A DNA stretch of 64,000 bases from Eledone cirrhosa (taxonomy: Eukaryota): contig OZ024745.1 in NCBI GenBank assembly GCA_964016885.1, positions 127,038,001-127,102,000 on the forward strand. The letters are read 5' to 3'. The position numbers and the translations under genes were made by a program. Of this stretch, positions 42,946 through 57,265 are shown piece by piece. Below the pieces are notes generated by a model that had not been told where the DNA came from, did no database searches, and worked only from the letters and a program-made list of their open reading frames with translations. Position 1 is the first letter of the stretch. Each line of letters begins with the position of its first letter.

Positions 42946-43294
42946 GTCTGCTTAATATGCTTTATACCTGTATTATATTATGTAATACCTTTGCCATACT
43001 GTGATACACCATTGCTTGTTTCTTACCTGGTTATTCTGTATGCCTAATACCTCTACACTCTTTCTATACGTTTGTATATGTACCGCTAATGTTCTCGTTT
43101 TGCGAGTAACTTTCTTCTTTAATTCCTCTATAATTGTTGTATTATTCTTTTATAATCTTTGTCGTATCCACTGATACTGACCCCATCATCTTCACTCTTT
43201 AAATATGACACTGTTAATGACAACACTAATATCTACGTATCTTTACAATTTTTCTATGGAATAGGAGGTTAATTATATGTCTAAACTTTGTTAG

Positions 43295-43341
43295 TGCTCC
43301 AATGATTCCAAACGAAAGTTTGGAAGAAACGATTGTCAGCA
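43295..43341 (+). ncRNA. Degenerate hammerhead (core CCAATGA)
   Basis: TGCT CCAATGA TTCCAAAC gaaa GTTTGGAA GAAA CGATTG TC AGCA; stems intact, core mutated. Confidence 0.55.
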
Positions 43342-43530
43342 ATAAAATGTTTTGAACATAGTTTGGATTATTCTGTAATTTATATATATATATATATATG
43401 AAGTAATTCCGTCGGAAAGGTACAGGAAAAAGGAGTGCTCTATGTAGGTTACATAGCTTATTAGTTATGTAATAAACAACATAAGAATATATATATATAT
43501 ATAATTACATAATAAAGAACACAATATAAT

Positions 43531-43604
43531 TATTCCATTACCAAAGGTTTCAGGAAACTAGACAATCTCAACAGAAACGTCCAGCACGCTCATCAGATGA
43601 AATA
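43531..43604 (-). ncRNA. Type I hammerhead motif
   Basis: TATTTCAT CTGATGA gcgtg CTGGAC..GTCTAG tttcct GAAA CC ttt GG TA ATGGAATA. Confidence 0.65.
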
Positions 43605-43919
43605 TTTCATAATGAAAAACAATGGCAAAAAATGAGAAACGAAAGACACAGAACTCCAAGATTTTCATATGTATACTTATATGTAATAGCCTTGTGTATT
43701 TGTCCATCACACACTAGAGATGACTAAGGAAGGAAGAAGTGATTACGTGGAAGGAAGGGGTGTTTTTGTGTGTTTGTATCATTCTGTGAGTGAGCACGAA
43801 GAAACCAATAAAGTAAATAACAAACAAACATATCTTTTTTATATTATGTATAAATATTACAATTAGCCTTCGTTTTTTACGGAATGGGGCTAGCTAGTAG
43901 CAGCAGCAGCAACAGTAGC

Positions 43920-43982
<63 letters not shown>

Positions 43983-44013
43983 TGTAGTAGTAGTAGTAGT
44001 GGTGGTAGTAGTA

Positions 44014-44050
<37 letters not shown>

Positions 44051-44064
44051 CATCAGGAGTAGTA

Positions 44065-44109
<45 letters not shown>

Positions 44110-44118
44110 GTATTTGTG

Positions 44119-45163
44119 GATAATGGTTTCTTTAGGTTTTTTTATTGGCCACAAAGGCTAACACGAAGAAAAACATTAGAGACGGCACAGAACAGTACAG
44201 GACGATACAAAGTGGGTTTTGGTCGTGTAAACAGGTTATAACAAAATCGGGCTAGAAATCGAAAAAAATTCAAACAACAAAAGTTCCCCAAAACGAGGGA
44301 AACCTCCGAGGGTCACTCGTGGTGAAAACCATACAAAAGACCACGGCCACCCTGACCACCAGGGCAAGCGCCCTCTCTCACTTTTCCCATTCCTCAGTCT
44401 ACAGGCGCATACTCAGAGCGAGCCCTTTCACTCGGAGCAGACTCGCCACTTTCACCTACCTTTCAACAAACTTACTAGAACACAGCACTTGCCTCTCCAC
44501 CCTTATTTTCCTCTTCAAGTGAAACTTGAAAAAGTTAATCAGGGATTGGCCGGAGAGGAAAGTGTCCGTCTTCAAGCCTTGAAGAGAGCGAATAGCTGAT
44601 CGTCTTCGACGCCCAGGGTCTCCCCGAGAACGTCGTCGCTCTTTCCCTCCACTAGCCCTCTATAGAACGCCGAGGTGGATGTTCCACCGATACTAGTGCC
44701 CAGCTGGTAAAGGGCGGTGAGTGCTTGAAGACATTCCAGCTTCCAAGCGCTATCCCTCGGTCTTTTCCTGATCCAGGACTGCAGCTCCGTCAAGGAGACG
44801 AGCTGGGGAAAAGCGCGTCTGGCAAACGGCGACTACACCTGTTCACCGTCAAGGAAGCACCAGAGATGTCGCAGCCTCAGCGCATGTTTGCGCATCATCA
44901 GCCACGGTATGCCTAGTCCGCCACGGAATGGGTGTTGACAGCAGATGGATCGTCTGACCATGGGAGCACGTCCCTTCCACAAAAAGCGGAAGCAAAGGCG
45001 CTCGATTATGGTCAGAGTTGGGCGGGGGCAAGGTACGACGGTCAGGCGGTAGTAGATGACGGACGCGATGTACGCATTCGCCACCTCCGCCCGACCTTTC
45101 AGAGACAGCCTCCTCTCGGCCCATTTCTGGGTGAGAGAGGCCACCCTGCTCGTCACCTCTCCA
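44119..45163 (-). mobile_element. 5'-truncated Tx1/L1-clade LINE with 13-bp TSD
   Basis: KWAERRLSLKGRAEVANAYIAS..FLWKG..RGGLGIP; TSD tactgtatttgtg at 44106-44118 and 45164-45176; aataaa near the 3' end. Confidence 0.85.
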
Positions 45164-45273
45164 TACTGTATTTGTGTTGGTAATGCTGATTTTCATAAAT
45201 GTTGTTTTGACCAAACTTGTTTTCTTCTAAAGTAAAGTCGAAACTATTTTAAGTAACAAAACAAATAATACTG

Positions 45274-45990
45274 ATGTGTGTGTGTGTGTATGTGTCAACG
45301 TGTGTGTGTGTGTGTCAGTGTGTGTGTGTGTGTGTGTCAGTGTGTGTGTGTCAGTGTTTGTATGTGTGTGTTTCAATGTCTGTGTGAGTGTGTGTGTCTG
45401 TGTATGTGTATGTGTATGTGTGTCAGTGTGTGTATGTGTGTGTGTGTCAGTGTGTGTATGTGTGTGTTTCAATGTCTGTCTGAGTGTGGGTGTGTATGTC
45501 AGTGTGTGTATGCGTGTGTGTGTGCGTGCGTGTGTGTGTGAGTGAGTGTGTGTATGTGTGTGTGTGTCAGTATAAATGTGTGTGCGTGTCAGTATGAATG
45601 TGTGCGTGCCAGCGTGAATGTGTGTGTGTATGCGTATGTGTATGTGTATGTGTGTCAGTGTGAATGTGCGTGGACGTATGTTTGTGTATGTATGTCAATG
45701 TGAATGTGAGTGTGTATGTGTGTGTGTGTCAGTATGAATGTGCGTGAATGTATGTGTGCGAGTCAGTGTGAAAGTGCGTGAATGCACGCGCGGGTGTGTG
45801 TGTGTATATGCGTCTCAGTGTGAATATGTGTGTGTATATGTATGTATATATGTGTCAGTGTAAATGTGTGTGTGTGTGTGTGTGTCAGTGTGAATATGTG
45901 TGCGTGAATGTGTATATAAGTATGTATGCGTTTCAGTGTGAAAGTGTGTGTGTGTGTGCGTGTGTCAGTGTGAATGTGTGCGTGAATGTG

Positions 45991-46042
<52 letters not shown>

Positions 46043-46210
46043 TCAGTGTGAAGGTGTGAAAGTGTATGTTTATGTGTGTGTCAGTGTGAAAGTGTATGTT
46101 TATGTGTGTGTGTGTCAGTGTGAAAGAGTATGTTTATGTGTGTGTGTCAGTGTGAAAGTGTATGTTTATGTGTGTGTGTGTGTGTGTGTGTCAGTATGAA
46201 AGTGTGTGTA
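45274..46210. repeat. Degenerate (GT)n/cagtgt compound repeat
   Basis: Direct inspection. Confidence 0.9.
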
Positions 46211-46629
46211 TTTTATAATCGGACACCTAGTGCACGTGACTAACCCCAAGCCACCCTTACAATGATGGTTTTCGTTAAGTTTGCTGCAGTTGTTATTGTT
46301 TCACTTCTCGGTATTATTTTGTAATTATTTTTCTTATGATATATTTACGTTGCTGCTATTTTATATTGGCTAACATTAGTTTACTTTATTTAAATAATAA
46401 TAAAAACTAATACTAACAATGTTGGCTTAGCGGAGCAGAAATATTTTATGTAGGAGGAGTTTAACAATGAAGTTTTTGAAAGTTTAAAGCCAAAACAAAC
46501 ACGATACGAGGGCGTAGTTAGTGTGCACTTCGCTGCTTCATACATCCACGTACAAAAATACACCAATACTAAAAAAATAAAAAAGTGACAAAAGGTGTTT
46601 AGCATAGACTAATCGCTTAATCAATGCGG

Positions 46630-47250
46630 AATGACCAAGACTCTTTCAAAACTCCAAACTTAATGTGTCTCAATAACCAGGAAGGTCTCAAAACTCCAAA
46701 CTTAATGTCTCAATAACCAGGAAGGTCTCAAAACTCCAAACTTAATGTGTTTCAATAACCAGGAAGGTCTCAAAACTCCAAACTTAATGTCTCAATAACC
46801 AGGAAGGTCTCAAAACTCCAAACTTAATGTGTTTCAATAACCAGGAAGGTCTCAAAACTCCAAACTTAATGTCTCAATAACCAGGAAGGTCTCAAAACTC
46901 CAAACTTAATGTCTCAATAACCAGGAAGGTCTCAAAACTCCAAACTTAATGTGTTTCAATAACCAAGAAGGTCTCAAAACTCCAAACTTAATGTCTCAAT
47001 AACCAGGAAGGTCTCAAAACTCCAAACTTAATGTGTTTCAATAACCAAGAAGGTCTCAAAACTCCAAACATTATGTGTCCCAATGACCAGGACGGTCTCA
47101 AAACTCCAAACATAATGTATCAATGACCAAGAAGATCTGAAAATCCAAATTTAAAGTCTCTCAATGACCAAGAAGGTCTCAAAACTCAAAACTATATGTG
47201 TTTCAATGACCAGGACGGTTTCAAAAATCCAAACTTAATGTGTTTCATGG
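46630..47250. repeat. 40/42-bp minisatellite, about 15 units
   Basis: Unit caataaccaggaaggtctcaaaactccaaacttaatgt(ct|gttt). Confidence 0.95.
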
Positions 47251-47324
47251 AAGACCCGCGGAATGACCAGCTCAACAATACAACCTCAGTTTTTAACACT
47301 GCTACTACTCGTTAACATTTTCAG

Positions 47325-47355
<31 letters not shown>

Positions 47356-48365
47356 GTAAAGTATATATATATAAATCTACATACATACATATATACATAC
47401 ATTTACGTATGTATATAGCTATGCATTTATACATTTGTATATACATGCATTTATATTTAAGTGTGTAAGGATGTTGATATGATTATTTATGGGTTTTTTG
47501 GTAAGGAGAAAATTCTCTCTACAGATTTTATTACCCAGGGAGATTAAATACCACACCTCTGGCTGAAAGCTGACCAGGTTCTCAACCTCATTAAACACTA
47601 ACGCAGGCCTGTGTGTGTATATGTGTGTGTATGTATGTATGTATGTATGTATGTATGTATGTATGTATGTATGTATGTATGTATGTATGTATGTATGCAT
47701 GTGTGTGTATGTCCGTATGTATGTATATGTAGATACCCATACCTTTCATCACCATTGCTTCTTTTTGTTGTCATTTCTGTTGAACTTTTGTTCTTGTAAC
47801 TGTTGTCAAAGTTGACGTCCTTATGTTCATTTTCTTTGATTTCTTGTTTTTCTCTCATCTCGCTAGGGAATTCGTTGACAAGCTTCTTTTATTTATTTTC
47901 TTCGTTCAAATGCATTCACACTGGCTGTCTAACAGACGTACAAATATGACTTAAAAACTTACCAAGCTAAATGGGCTTTCAACGCCCTCCCCCCACCCGG
48001 CCCCCTGGAGCCTCAAACGCCCCCTAACGCCCCTTGCTGCAACCCCCCCCCCCCCCCCCTGGAGCTCCGAATCGCAGATACTCCCCGTTGAGAATCTTTG
48101 CATTAAACAATATCAATAACATATTTACCATCGAAAATAATGGAACATCTTGCAGTATTGTTATAAACGTTCGTAAATCAACTAAATAATTTAATGTAAT
48201 TTAAACCTAGTTAGGTTATTCTTTTATATATACTCTGTGATTAGAAATTAACCGATTAGATTAAACTCTGAACTGGCATTTACTTGTCTTGCTGTGGACA
48301 AAAAATAATCACATTTGAGTTTTGAATTATTCTTTGCCTTTTATGGTCGTTATCAACTTGTCTAA

Positions 48366-48738
<373 letters not shown>

Positions 48739-48836
48739 TTCTGTCCTACGCCATCTTGTTTTTGTGTGACACACAAAAACAAGATGGCGTAGGACAGAAC
48801 AAAGGAGAGGCACAAAAACAAAGAAAATAATCCCCA

Positions 48837-48879
48837 GTCACTGAAGAGGTCACAGAATGTGTGACGAAAGAACTTTGAC
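48837..48879 (+). ncRNA. Minimal type I hammerhead motif
   Basis: GTCA CTGAAGA g GTCACA gaatg TGTGAC GAAA GaaC TT TGAC; element 48739-49090 starts with a 30-bp hairpin. Confidence 0.8.
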
Positions 48880-49100
48880 AATATATAAACAATCATCTGG
48901 TTGTGGAACCAACCAACCAACCGGAAATTTATAAATTCCTAAATTTATAAATTTATTATAATAAATTGAAGTGAAAGCTACTGGTGCGTGTCTTTCTTAT
49001 TGGCAACATGACCCTCCCAAAGTATAACAATATCGGTTTCAACACACGTTTTCAGATAAAGAATCTTGCTAAACAAATTCAGAAACGAAATATATATATA

Positions 49101-50014
49101 AACCATCCGGGCTTAAGCAAAACGGACAACGCCACTAACGTTAATAACGGAACCCTACAAAATAGTACGCACAGTAGCGAGACTCACCCCACAGATAAGA
49201 AAAATAGAAGAAGGAAAAACATGTATTTTAACCCACCTTTTAACTCTGGGGTCCTCACTAACCTCCCCAGAGTATTCTTCTCATTATTGGAAAAAAACTT
49301 CCCACCAGGCAATAGATACCGCAACATAATTAACAAAAACGTAATTAAATTATCCTATTCGACCACACCTAACCTCGCATCACACCTAGCACGTACGAAC
49401 ATTAGGAAAACTAAGGAGGGATTCGAAGCAATTAAAATGGCAGTTAACCACCAGCAACCGACTGCACTAGAAAATGGGCAACATAATAGAATCAATGAGC
49501 CATCTAATGATATAGAGGCACCTAGTGATAATGCGAGTAACCAAACTTCGGGAGGTATGCTAACTAATCGAACCCGCAGTTGCAATTGTAGGTGGAGTAG
49601 TAACTGTCCCCTAAGGGGGGATTGCCTCACGAAAAACATAGTATATGCATGTGACGTAACCACACACAACTCTACCAAAACATATATAGGAGCAACGTCC
49701 AATACATTTAAAACTAGATTTAACGCGCATATGTACACATTTAGACACGACAGACATAAGAATGCCACCTCACTGGCGGGATACATCTCCTTCTTAAAAA
49801 AAAAAATAATAGTACCCCATACAAACTTTTTTGGAGGAAGCTTACTAGATCCACGCCATACCGACCACAGAGCGGAAGTTGTGACCTGTGTTTACTGGAA
49901 TGCCATGCCATAATACACTCTAAACTTAACCTGCTTAACAGGAAATCGGAAATTTTCTCCTCATGCCAACATAAAATCCTGAGTTCCTTCTTCTATTTTA
50001 AACCTAGCACATAG
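49101..50014 (+). pseudogene. PLE ORF C-terminus: RT thumb/linker, Cys motif and GIY-YIG endonuclease, one frameshift in a poly-A run
   Basis: YFNPPF..TN..FFSLLEKNFP..N.NVIKLSYS, CNCR..CPLRGDC..IVY..YIGAT..FKTRF..H, then W..PY..CDLCLLE..LLNRKSEI..CQH, stop 50012-50014. Confidence 0.9.
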
Positions 50015-52227
50015 ACGTAACATATATCACGCAACCCCCACCTAGACTATAGTTCCCCCCCTCCCCCCAACCCGTAACCTAGATAGATAGGTACCGTAAG
50101 GGTGGTGCAGTCCCCTACAAGGTTGGTGCTCTTGCGTGTGTGTGTGTGTGTATTCTCCTTTTATCTCTCACACGCACGCACACGCAGACATATGTGTGGG
50201 TGTGGGTGCGTGTGTGCATGCATGCACGCATGTGTGCGTGCATTGTATGTAAGTATATTGTGTGTATATGTATGTATATATATGTATATGCATGTGTGTG
50301 TGTGTATGTGTATATTGTATGCATGCGTATTATATTGTGTGTATGTGTATGTGTGACATGTATGTGAATATATCTATGTATGCGTATGAGTGGGTATGTG
50401 TAAGTGTATAAGGTGTGTATGTATGTATATATGTATGTATACTCTTCTGTAGAAATTCTCTCTATGTGTGCTGTGTGGCATGAATTCCCCCTATAATACT
50501 CTTCTCTGAGAGGAGCACGATATGCAGAGTAACACATATGTATTGCCGAAGTTGAAACTGAGAACCACCACCCCTCCTGCTGACCTGGATGTTTACTGAG
50601 GACCAGAACACCATTCTTCGCAATATAAGAGCGAAATGCGCTTGCCGGACTATTGATGACCATAACATCACATTCCAATGTAGTGGCAAAATACAGTGAA
50701 TGATATGCACGACCAGAACACCACAGCATGCATATCCAAACAGCACAGATATGATATCAATGGGGGAATCAACTGAAATTTTTTGAGTTGAAATACATGT
50801 GGATATGTGTCTGTGTGTATCGAACACACGAACACATAAGGAGGCTCTTGACCTAAATATACCTGTCATGCCTGTCTGAATCCCTAAGGGAACTGCCGGC
50901 CAGTTACTGTCTTGACCGATTGTAGTACCACTGGGTGAATCATTTGAGTTTTTTGGGTTGAAATACATATAGATATGTGTCTGTGTGTGTCGGACACACA
51001 TAAACACATAAAAAAGCTGTTATGCCTGCCTGAATTTTCGGTCAGTTGCTGACTTGACTGATTAACTCCACAATTACTACGTAGCGGTTCTTGCACGTGA
51101 CTACTGGACCCGGATGAAACGAAGACGAAGAATTTCCTTCCGCACCGTTTTGTACCACAGATGCGATATCACCCTGCTTCGTTGATGTCCTATCGACACC
51201 AAAGTTCAACGTTTGGGTATCACACCAAACCGGAGTATTGTGATCCTTGTGACTTCCAAATATACAACCACTGACACTGTCACGAAGACCAGGAAACCAT
51301 ACTCCATATATTGAACCAATTGATTGATTTGTGCGAACAAAATAACACCAAACACATATTGAATTAGGAATATTGGATCCTCGGTCAATGTCCGGGTGAG
51401 CAAAAATTGACTTCTATCTGCATTGGAATTTACAAACTTGTGCATCTGCTGTGGTGTCAAAAACAAACGCACATGACCGCACAGATAAACAATGGACCAT
51501 GCCACGTGGCTTGAACCCGTAAGTGAATTGAAGGTTCTGCAACTCTGATACACATATTGTTTATTATTTATTATTAAGATGTATAAACCGGACACAACTG
51601 TTATCATCCTATATTCTCTCAACGAATCACACTTGATCATATTTCTCTATCCTGTTTTCTCCCCCCATAATTATTATATTTTTATTATTTTTTATTATTG
51701 TTTGAAAAAAATCGGTTTTTTTACATTGTGTTTTCCCCTCCAAATATTCGCTTATATTTCCTTATATATTCTCTATATATTTTTTATCTTTATTATTATT
51801 TCCACTTTTATCCTCCTTTATATTTTACCTTATTCTTACCTTTATACCTTATTATAGTGTAATCTTCCCCATGCCTTATTATACACTATTAATTATAGAT
51901 TATTATTATTACTCTTTTTCCATTTCTAATTACCCCATGTACCTTCTCCTCCGCTATATGTATATATGTATTCTACGCCCTTTGTGTTTGTGTAGCCTCT
52001 GCGCACCCTCTGCACCATACTATCCACGCCACCCCATCTATGGTTCAGCTAACCACCCGACCCCCGGGAATGAATATGACCGCAGCTAGTAAATAAGGAC
52101 CAACACCCCACCCTCCCGCACCAAAATTAGACTTATCGTCCCCTACTTTTGCTCTTTACTCTCTTTACTCTTTGTTCTTGGGTGTTTGGTTGGTAGAGTC
52201 CATAACACCAATCAAACCCCTTTTATA

Positions 52228-52274
52228 GCTCTGATGAATCCTACGGTTACACGTAAGGAAGAAACATTGTTAGC
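52228..52274 (+). ncRNA. Minimal type I hammerhead motif
   Basis: GCT CTGATGA a TCCTACG gttaca CGTAaGGA a GAAA CATTG TT AGC, followed by aataaa and (TA)n. Confidence 0.75.
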
Positions 52275-52337
52275 CAATAAAAATCTTTTGATGTTGTAGA
52301 CGCTCTTGTGTTCTTTTTCATATATATATATATATAT

Positions 52338-52548
52338 AGTAATAATAATAAATTTGAAGACTAAAATCCAAAGAGGGCTCAATAAGGATAAATATATATC
52401 AAATACATAAGAACCGTAGAGCAAATATTTATTAAAATAACAGATTAAAGTTTAAGCAAAGAATCGCTGCTTTCACCCCTAACGAGATCTTCTGAAGATC
52501 CCGTTAGGGGTGAAAGCAGCGATTCTTTGCTTAAACTTTAATCTGTTA

Positions 52549-52556
<8 letters not shown>
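52338..52556. mobile_element. Fold-back PLE-like terminus centred on the hammerhead core
   Basis: Palindrome centre gatcttc-t-gaagatc at ~52493; paralogue of 12157-12384. Confidence 0.7.
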
Positions 52557-52606
<50 letters not shown>

Positions 52607-52732
52607 GGAAAGTAAGGATTCTATACAAAACAGTGGATATAGAGAAAAGGTGAAGTTGGAAAAAATAGCACGGAAAATATATTTAAGGGTCTGTTTTTCT
52701 TTTTTGATTCGTCAAAGTGACATTATTGAAGA

Positions 52733-52774
52733 ATTACCGGTTTCGATGTATTATTAAAATCCATCTTATCAAAT
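52733..52774 (-). ncRNA. Minimal hammerhead motif with U3-A8 core
   Basis: AT TTGATAA GATG gattttaataata CATC GAAA CCGG TA AT; element ~52600-52925 homologous to ~9410-10005 (+). Confidence 0.55.
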
Positions 52775-53682
52775 GTTGAGTGTTGAAATAAAAATTAAAA
52801 AGAATTAATAGGAGTTAAAAACTAAGGATTTAAAATTAAAATCAAATGTTTGGAGTACATTTTCTTCCGTCGTTCTTGCTCAAAATTTGGTGGGAAGAGA
52901 AGGTAGCAGTAGTTGTGTTTCTTACAAAATGTTCTTATATCAAATAGAGTTGTAAAGACAAATAAATACATAAGTAAATAAGTAAATAAATGTTGATGTT
53001 CTCTCTCTTTCACTCACTGCCTCCGTCTCTCTTGCTCTCCCTATCTCTTATTATTATAAGCAAATAGGGACCCATACGCTGGCCATCCTGCGGCCCCGAC
53101 GGACAGAATAAAGAAGGCATTTCTCCCGAGGATGGTGAGGGAGACGCGTTGGAAAAGCCATTCCAACTCGCGAGGTACACACCTGCAGGTAACCAACTCC
53201 ATGTTGATATAGGGAGGTGGTCCTAGGCCCATGGACACCAGAAGCCTCTACTGTTACAATGTTTGATTCTAAATCGGATCCCTTTAAAACGGATCGTTTT
53301 GTTTCATAAAGTCAAAGGCGGATTGGGGAGGCTGGGTATCAGAAAGGTTAAATATTTTTTCTGAATTTACTGGTGGAAAAAGGCAGCACTGCAAATAGAG
53401 AGCTTTCAGATTACGTGATCACAGTCATAAATTGAATTGACGCCATAAATACTGTACTAAAATATACGTTCACCAAGACATACTGCAGATGGTTGCAGTT
53501 CTATATATACATATATACACACGTATACTCTTAAACATATTGCAATCAGATGCCAGTCTATATTCAACTCAATTACACTCACACACAAAAACGCATACAC
53601 ATGCAAAAATCAGATGAAGTTCTTCCGCAAACAACTTTCACAATTGTACACATCATTAGCATGTTCTTTGTTTGTTTGTTTG

Positions 53683-53713
<31 letters not shown>

Positions 53714-53722
53714 CCCTCTCTT

Positions 53723-53757
<35 letters not shown>

Positions 53758-53761
53758 TATA

Positions 53762-53809
<48 letters not shown>

Positions 53810-53841
53810 CACATTTATACATATATATATATAAATATATG

Positions 53842-53886
<45 letters not shown>

Positions 53887-53999
53887 CATGCATAGTACAA
53901 GCAAAAACCATATTGTATACAGTTCTTCCATAAGTAACACACATACACAGACACACACATACACACAGAGACAGACAGACACACACACACACACATACA

Positions 54000-54101
<102 letters not shown>

Positions 54102-54781
54102 AAAAACAGATTGATGGAAGAATAAAGGAGGCGACATTGAACAGGAAAGCATGTCAGGTACTATAAAATCTGTTTCTCAAAGAATCTGACGTGCGATGTA
54201 GATTTTGTGACATCTTGCAATACAAGTGCGATGAACAGTAACTGATACGTAATATATACATATACAAACCGCCATATATAAATATACATTTTTCTACATG
54301 AAAATAAATATATAACCCTATATGTATACATGTCTACATACCTTTGTTGCTTATTTTGGGGCTTTTATTTGTTTTAATGATCAAAGCTAGAGTCATTTTC
54401 TAGAACCGCCTTTGGAGTTGAATGCTCTGTCTTTTGTGTTCGTCTCTGTCTATGTCCAAATGTTTAATACTTTGAATTTTGTATTTCAATATACGTGGCA
54501 TCTCCAGTTGTTTCCAGTCGACGAATTAGTAGGCGTTGTTTTGCTAACTTTCTTAATAATTGATTCTACTTTGGGCACAAGGCTAGCAATTTGAAGGGAA
54601 AGGGAAAAGTCAACCCTAGTGTGTTACAGGTACATTATTTATCAATTAACTTTGGTTAACTTTGCCTTTCATCCTTACAGGGTCGATAAAATAAAGTACC
54701 AGTAATACACTGGGATAATTGTTGGCCTTCTGCCAAAAGTAGAAACAATTATTTATCAATACCATAAGGATGAAAGCCTTT

Positions 54782-54838
54782 TTACAGATGTACAGATGTA
54801 CAGATGTACAGATGTACAGATGTACAGATGTACAGATG
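54782..54838. repeat. (tacagatg)n 8-bp tandem repeat
   Basis: About 7 copies. Confidence 0.9.
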
Positions 54839-55367
54839 TTACAGAGAGAAGCATTTGGAAACATTTAAAAAATCTTAAGAGGAAATTTTAGTCAAGTTTC
54901 GTAAATATTTGGCGAGCATTTAGCGGTTAGAGATTTGGATTCGCAATCGTGGGGTTACGAGCTAGATTCCATGACCAGGCGATACGTGATGTCCCTGAGA
55001 ATGCTCTTTCTGCTAGGAGTTGCAACCAGTAGATAGTATCAGCCATGGCAAGATCAATGGGAACATTGCTTCCTTGGTCCGATTTCATGACTTCCATCAC
55101 ACTCGGTAAGCAATTGAGGTCTGCGATCTTGTCAATCGATTAGAAAACAAAAGTTGTATAATTTCCTAGCAGCTTCAAGTCGTCCACAAATCAAAAGTGA
55201 GAGTTGTTCTTAAATTTACGGCATCTTTTCTATAAACACATATTTGTGAGCAGATATGATTGTGGGCTTAACGACAGAATATAGAGCAGTACTGACAAGT
55301 TTATGTGTACAGGATACTGTTTATGTATATATGCAAACACATTTAAATGCCTATATCTCTATATCTG

Positions 55368-55522
<155 letters not shown>

Positions 55523-56234
55523 AGACAGAGAGAGAGAAAAAACCCACAAACTCTCCATCTCAATTCTACTTTTGAAAAGCGGTAAAAGAACCAAATAAAT
55601 ATATTTAAAAAAAAAAAGACTCCAGTTGCATTTTCGATTTCATCTTTTTTCCTTATACATATATATAAATAAATATACCCGGGTGTGTATAATTGTGTAT
55701 AGAAGATTATATTAATAAAAGGAATTCCAACTTTGTCTGATTTACTCGTTTTATTTATAATCCTTTAACATGTATAATGGTATTAGAATGAAATAGTATG
55801 GTAGAATATTAAATGTTAAGTGTTAATTGAACAAGTACTTTCATTCTTTCGCAATCTTCAGGTTCACATTCTGTGGTGACAGTCAAGTTTGCAATTTTCA
55901 ACACAAACTAATAGCTCTTAAACCCGAACTACGAGCGATAAGTAAAATGATTTATTATCCTAGCAAATTGCAAGAACGTCAGTTTGCATTGAACCCACAA
56001 ACTGTATATCGTATCATAAAAGAACATACCGTCATTGTTGCATATATTCCATCGCAGCATAGCATGAGCTGGAGTAATTCTGACGGAATGAGGTAATTTG
56101 TATATAAATAACAGCTCAACTGCATTGCATTGTGGTTAAATGAGTTGCGAAGTGAGTCATTTGCAAATGTCTTTCTTAAAATATAACATCATTGAACATC
56201 TGATATATATTGCGAAACTACCGAATGGAAAACC

Positions 56235-56302
<68 letters not shown>

Positions 56303-56459
56303 TACTTGGGGAGGGTCATATTTGTGTAATATTGCCAGAATTAATAACAGAACACACTCACTGTTTGGTTGGTTTTCGCTTTTCGCTTCTGTGTCTTTTA
56401 TATCGGTAATCTAATTTATTCGGTCCTCAATGTTGCCATTGACTGACCAACGGTCAAAA

Positions 56460-56524
<65 letters not shown>

Positions 56525-56629
56525 CGTGCGTGTATGTAGGTGTGTGTGTATGTAGGTGTGTGTGTATGTATATATATATATATACATATATATAAATATG
56601 TATATAAATATATATATATACATATATAC

Positions 56630-56702
<73 letters not shown>

Positions 56703-56727
56703 TACACATATATATACATATATATAC

Positions 56728-56817
<90 letters not shown>

Positions 56818-56928
56818 ATAAATATATAACGAAAAACAACCTCCGAAACTATCCGGATGGCTTCCAAAAACAATGGTTGCATTTTAAAAGGGTACGTCAA
56901 AGCTTATTTGTAAAACTGTTATATATTG

Positions 56929-56993
56929 TATTTTGTCTGATGAAGGCATACCATAATTTAATTTGGTATCCCTGAAATATGTATAATGAAATA
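56929..56993 (+). ncRNA. Minimal type I hammerhead motif
   Basis: TATTTTGT CTGATGA AGG c ATACC..GGTAT c CCT GAAA TATGTA TA ATGAAATA; element 56829-57125 lies between (TA)n tracts. Confidence 0.75.
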
Positions 56994-57134
56994 AATATGG
57001 TTTTATAAATATAGTTTCCATTTATTAATATCGTATATCTACTCCAAATACTTGTCGAGTGCTTTATATCAGTTATAAAAATATTTACTTGTTGTATCCC
57101 AACAATTTTAAATAGAACTTTTGCATATATATAT

Positions 57135-57173
<39 letters not shown>

Positions 57174-57174
57174 C

Positions 57175-57261
<87 letters not shown>

Positions 57262-57265
<4 letters not shown>

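Noticed and set aside
46630-47250. CRISPR-like periodic array
   Set aside because: Units are contiguous with no unique spacers, there are no cas genes, and the context is eukaryotic
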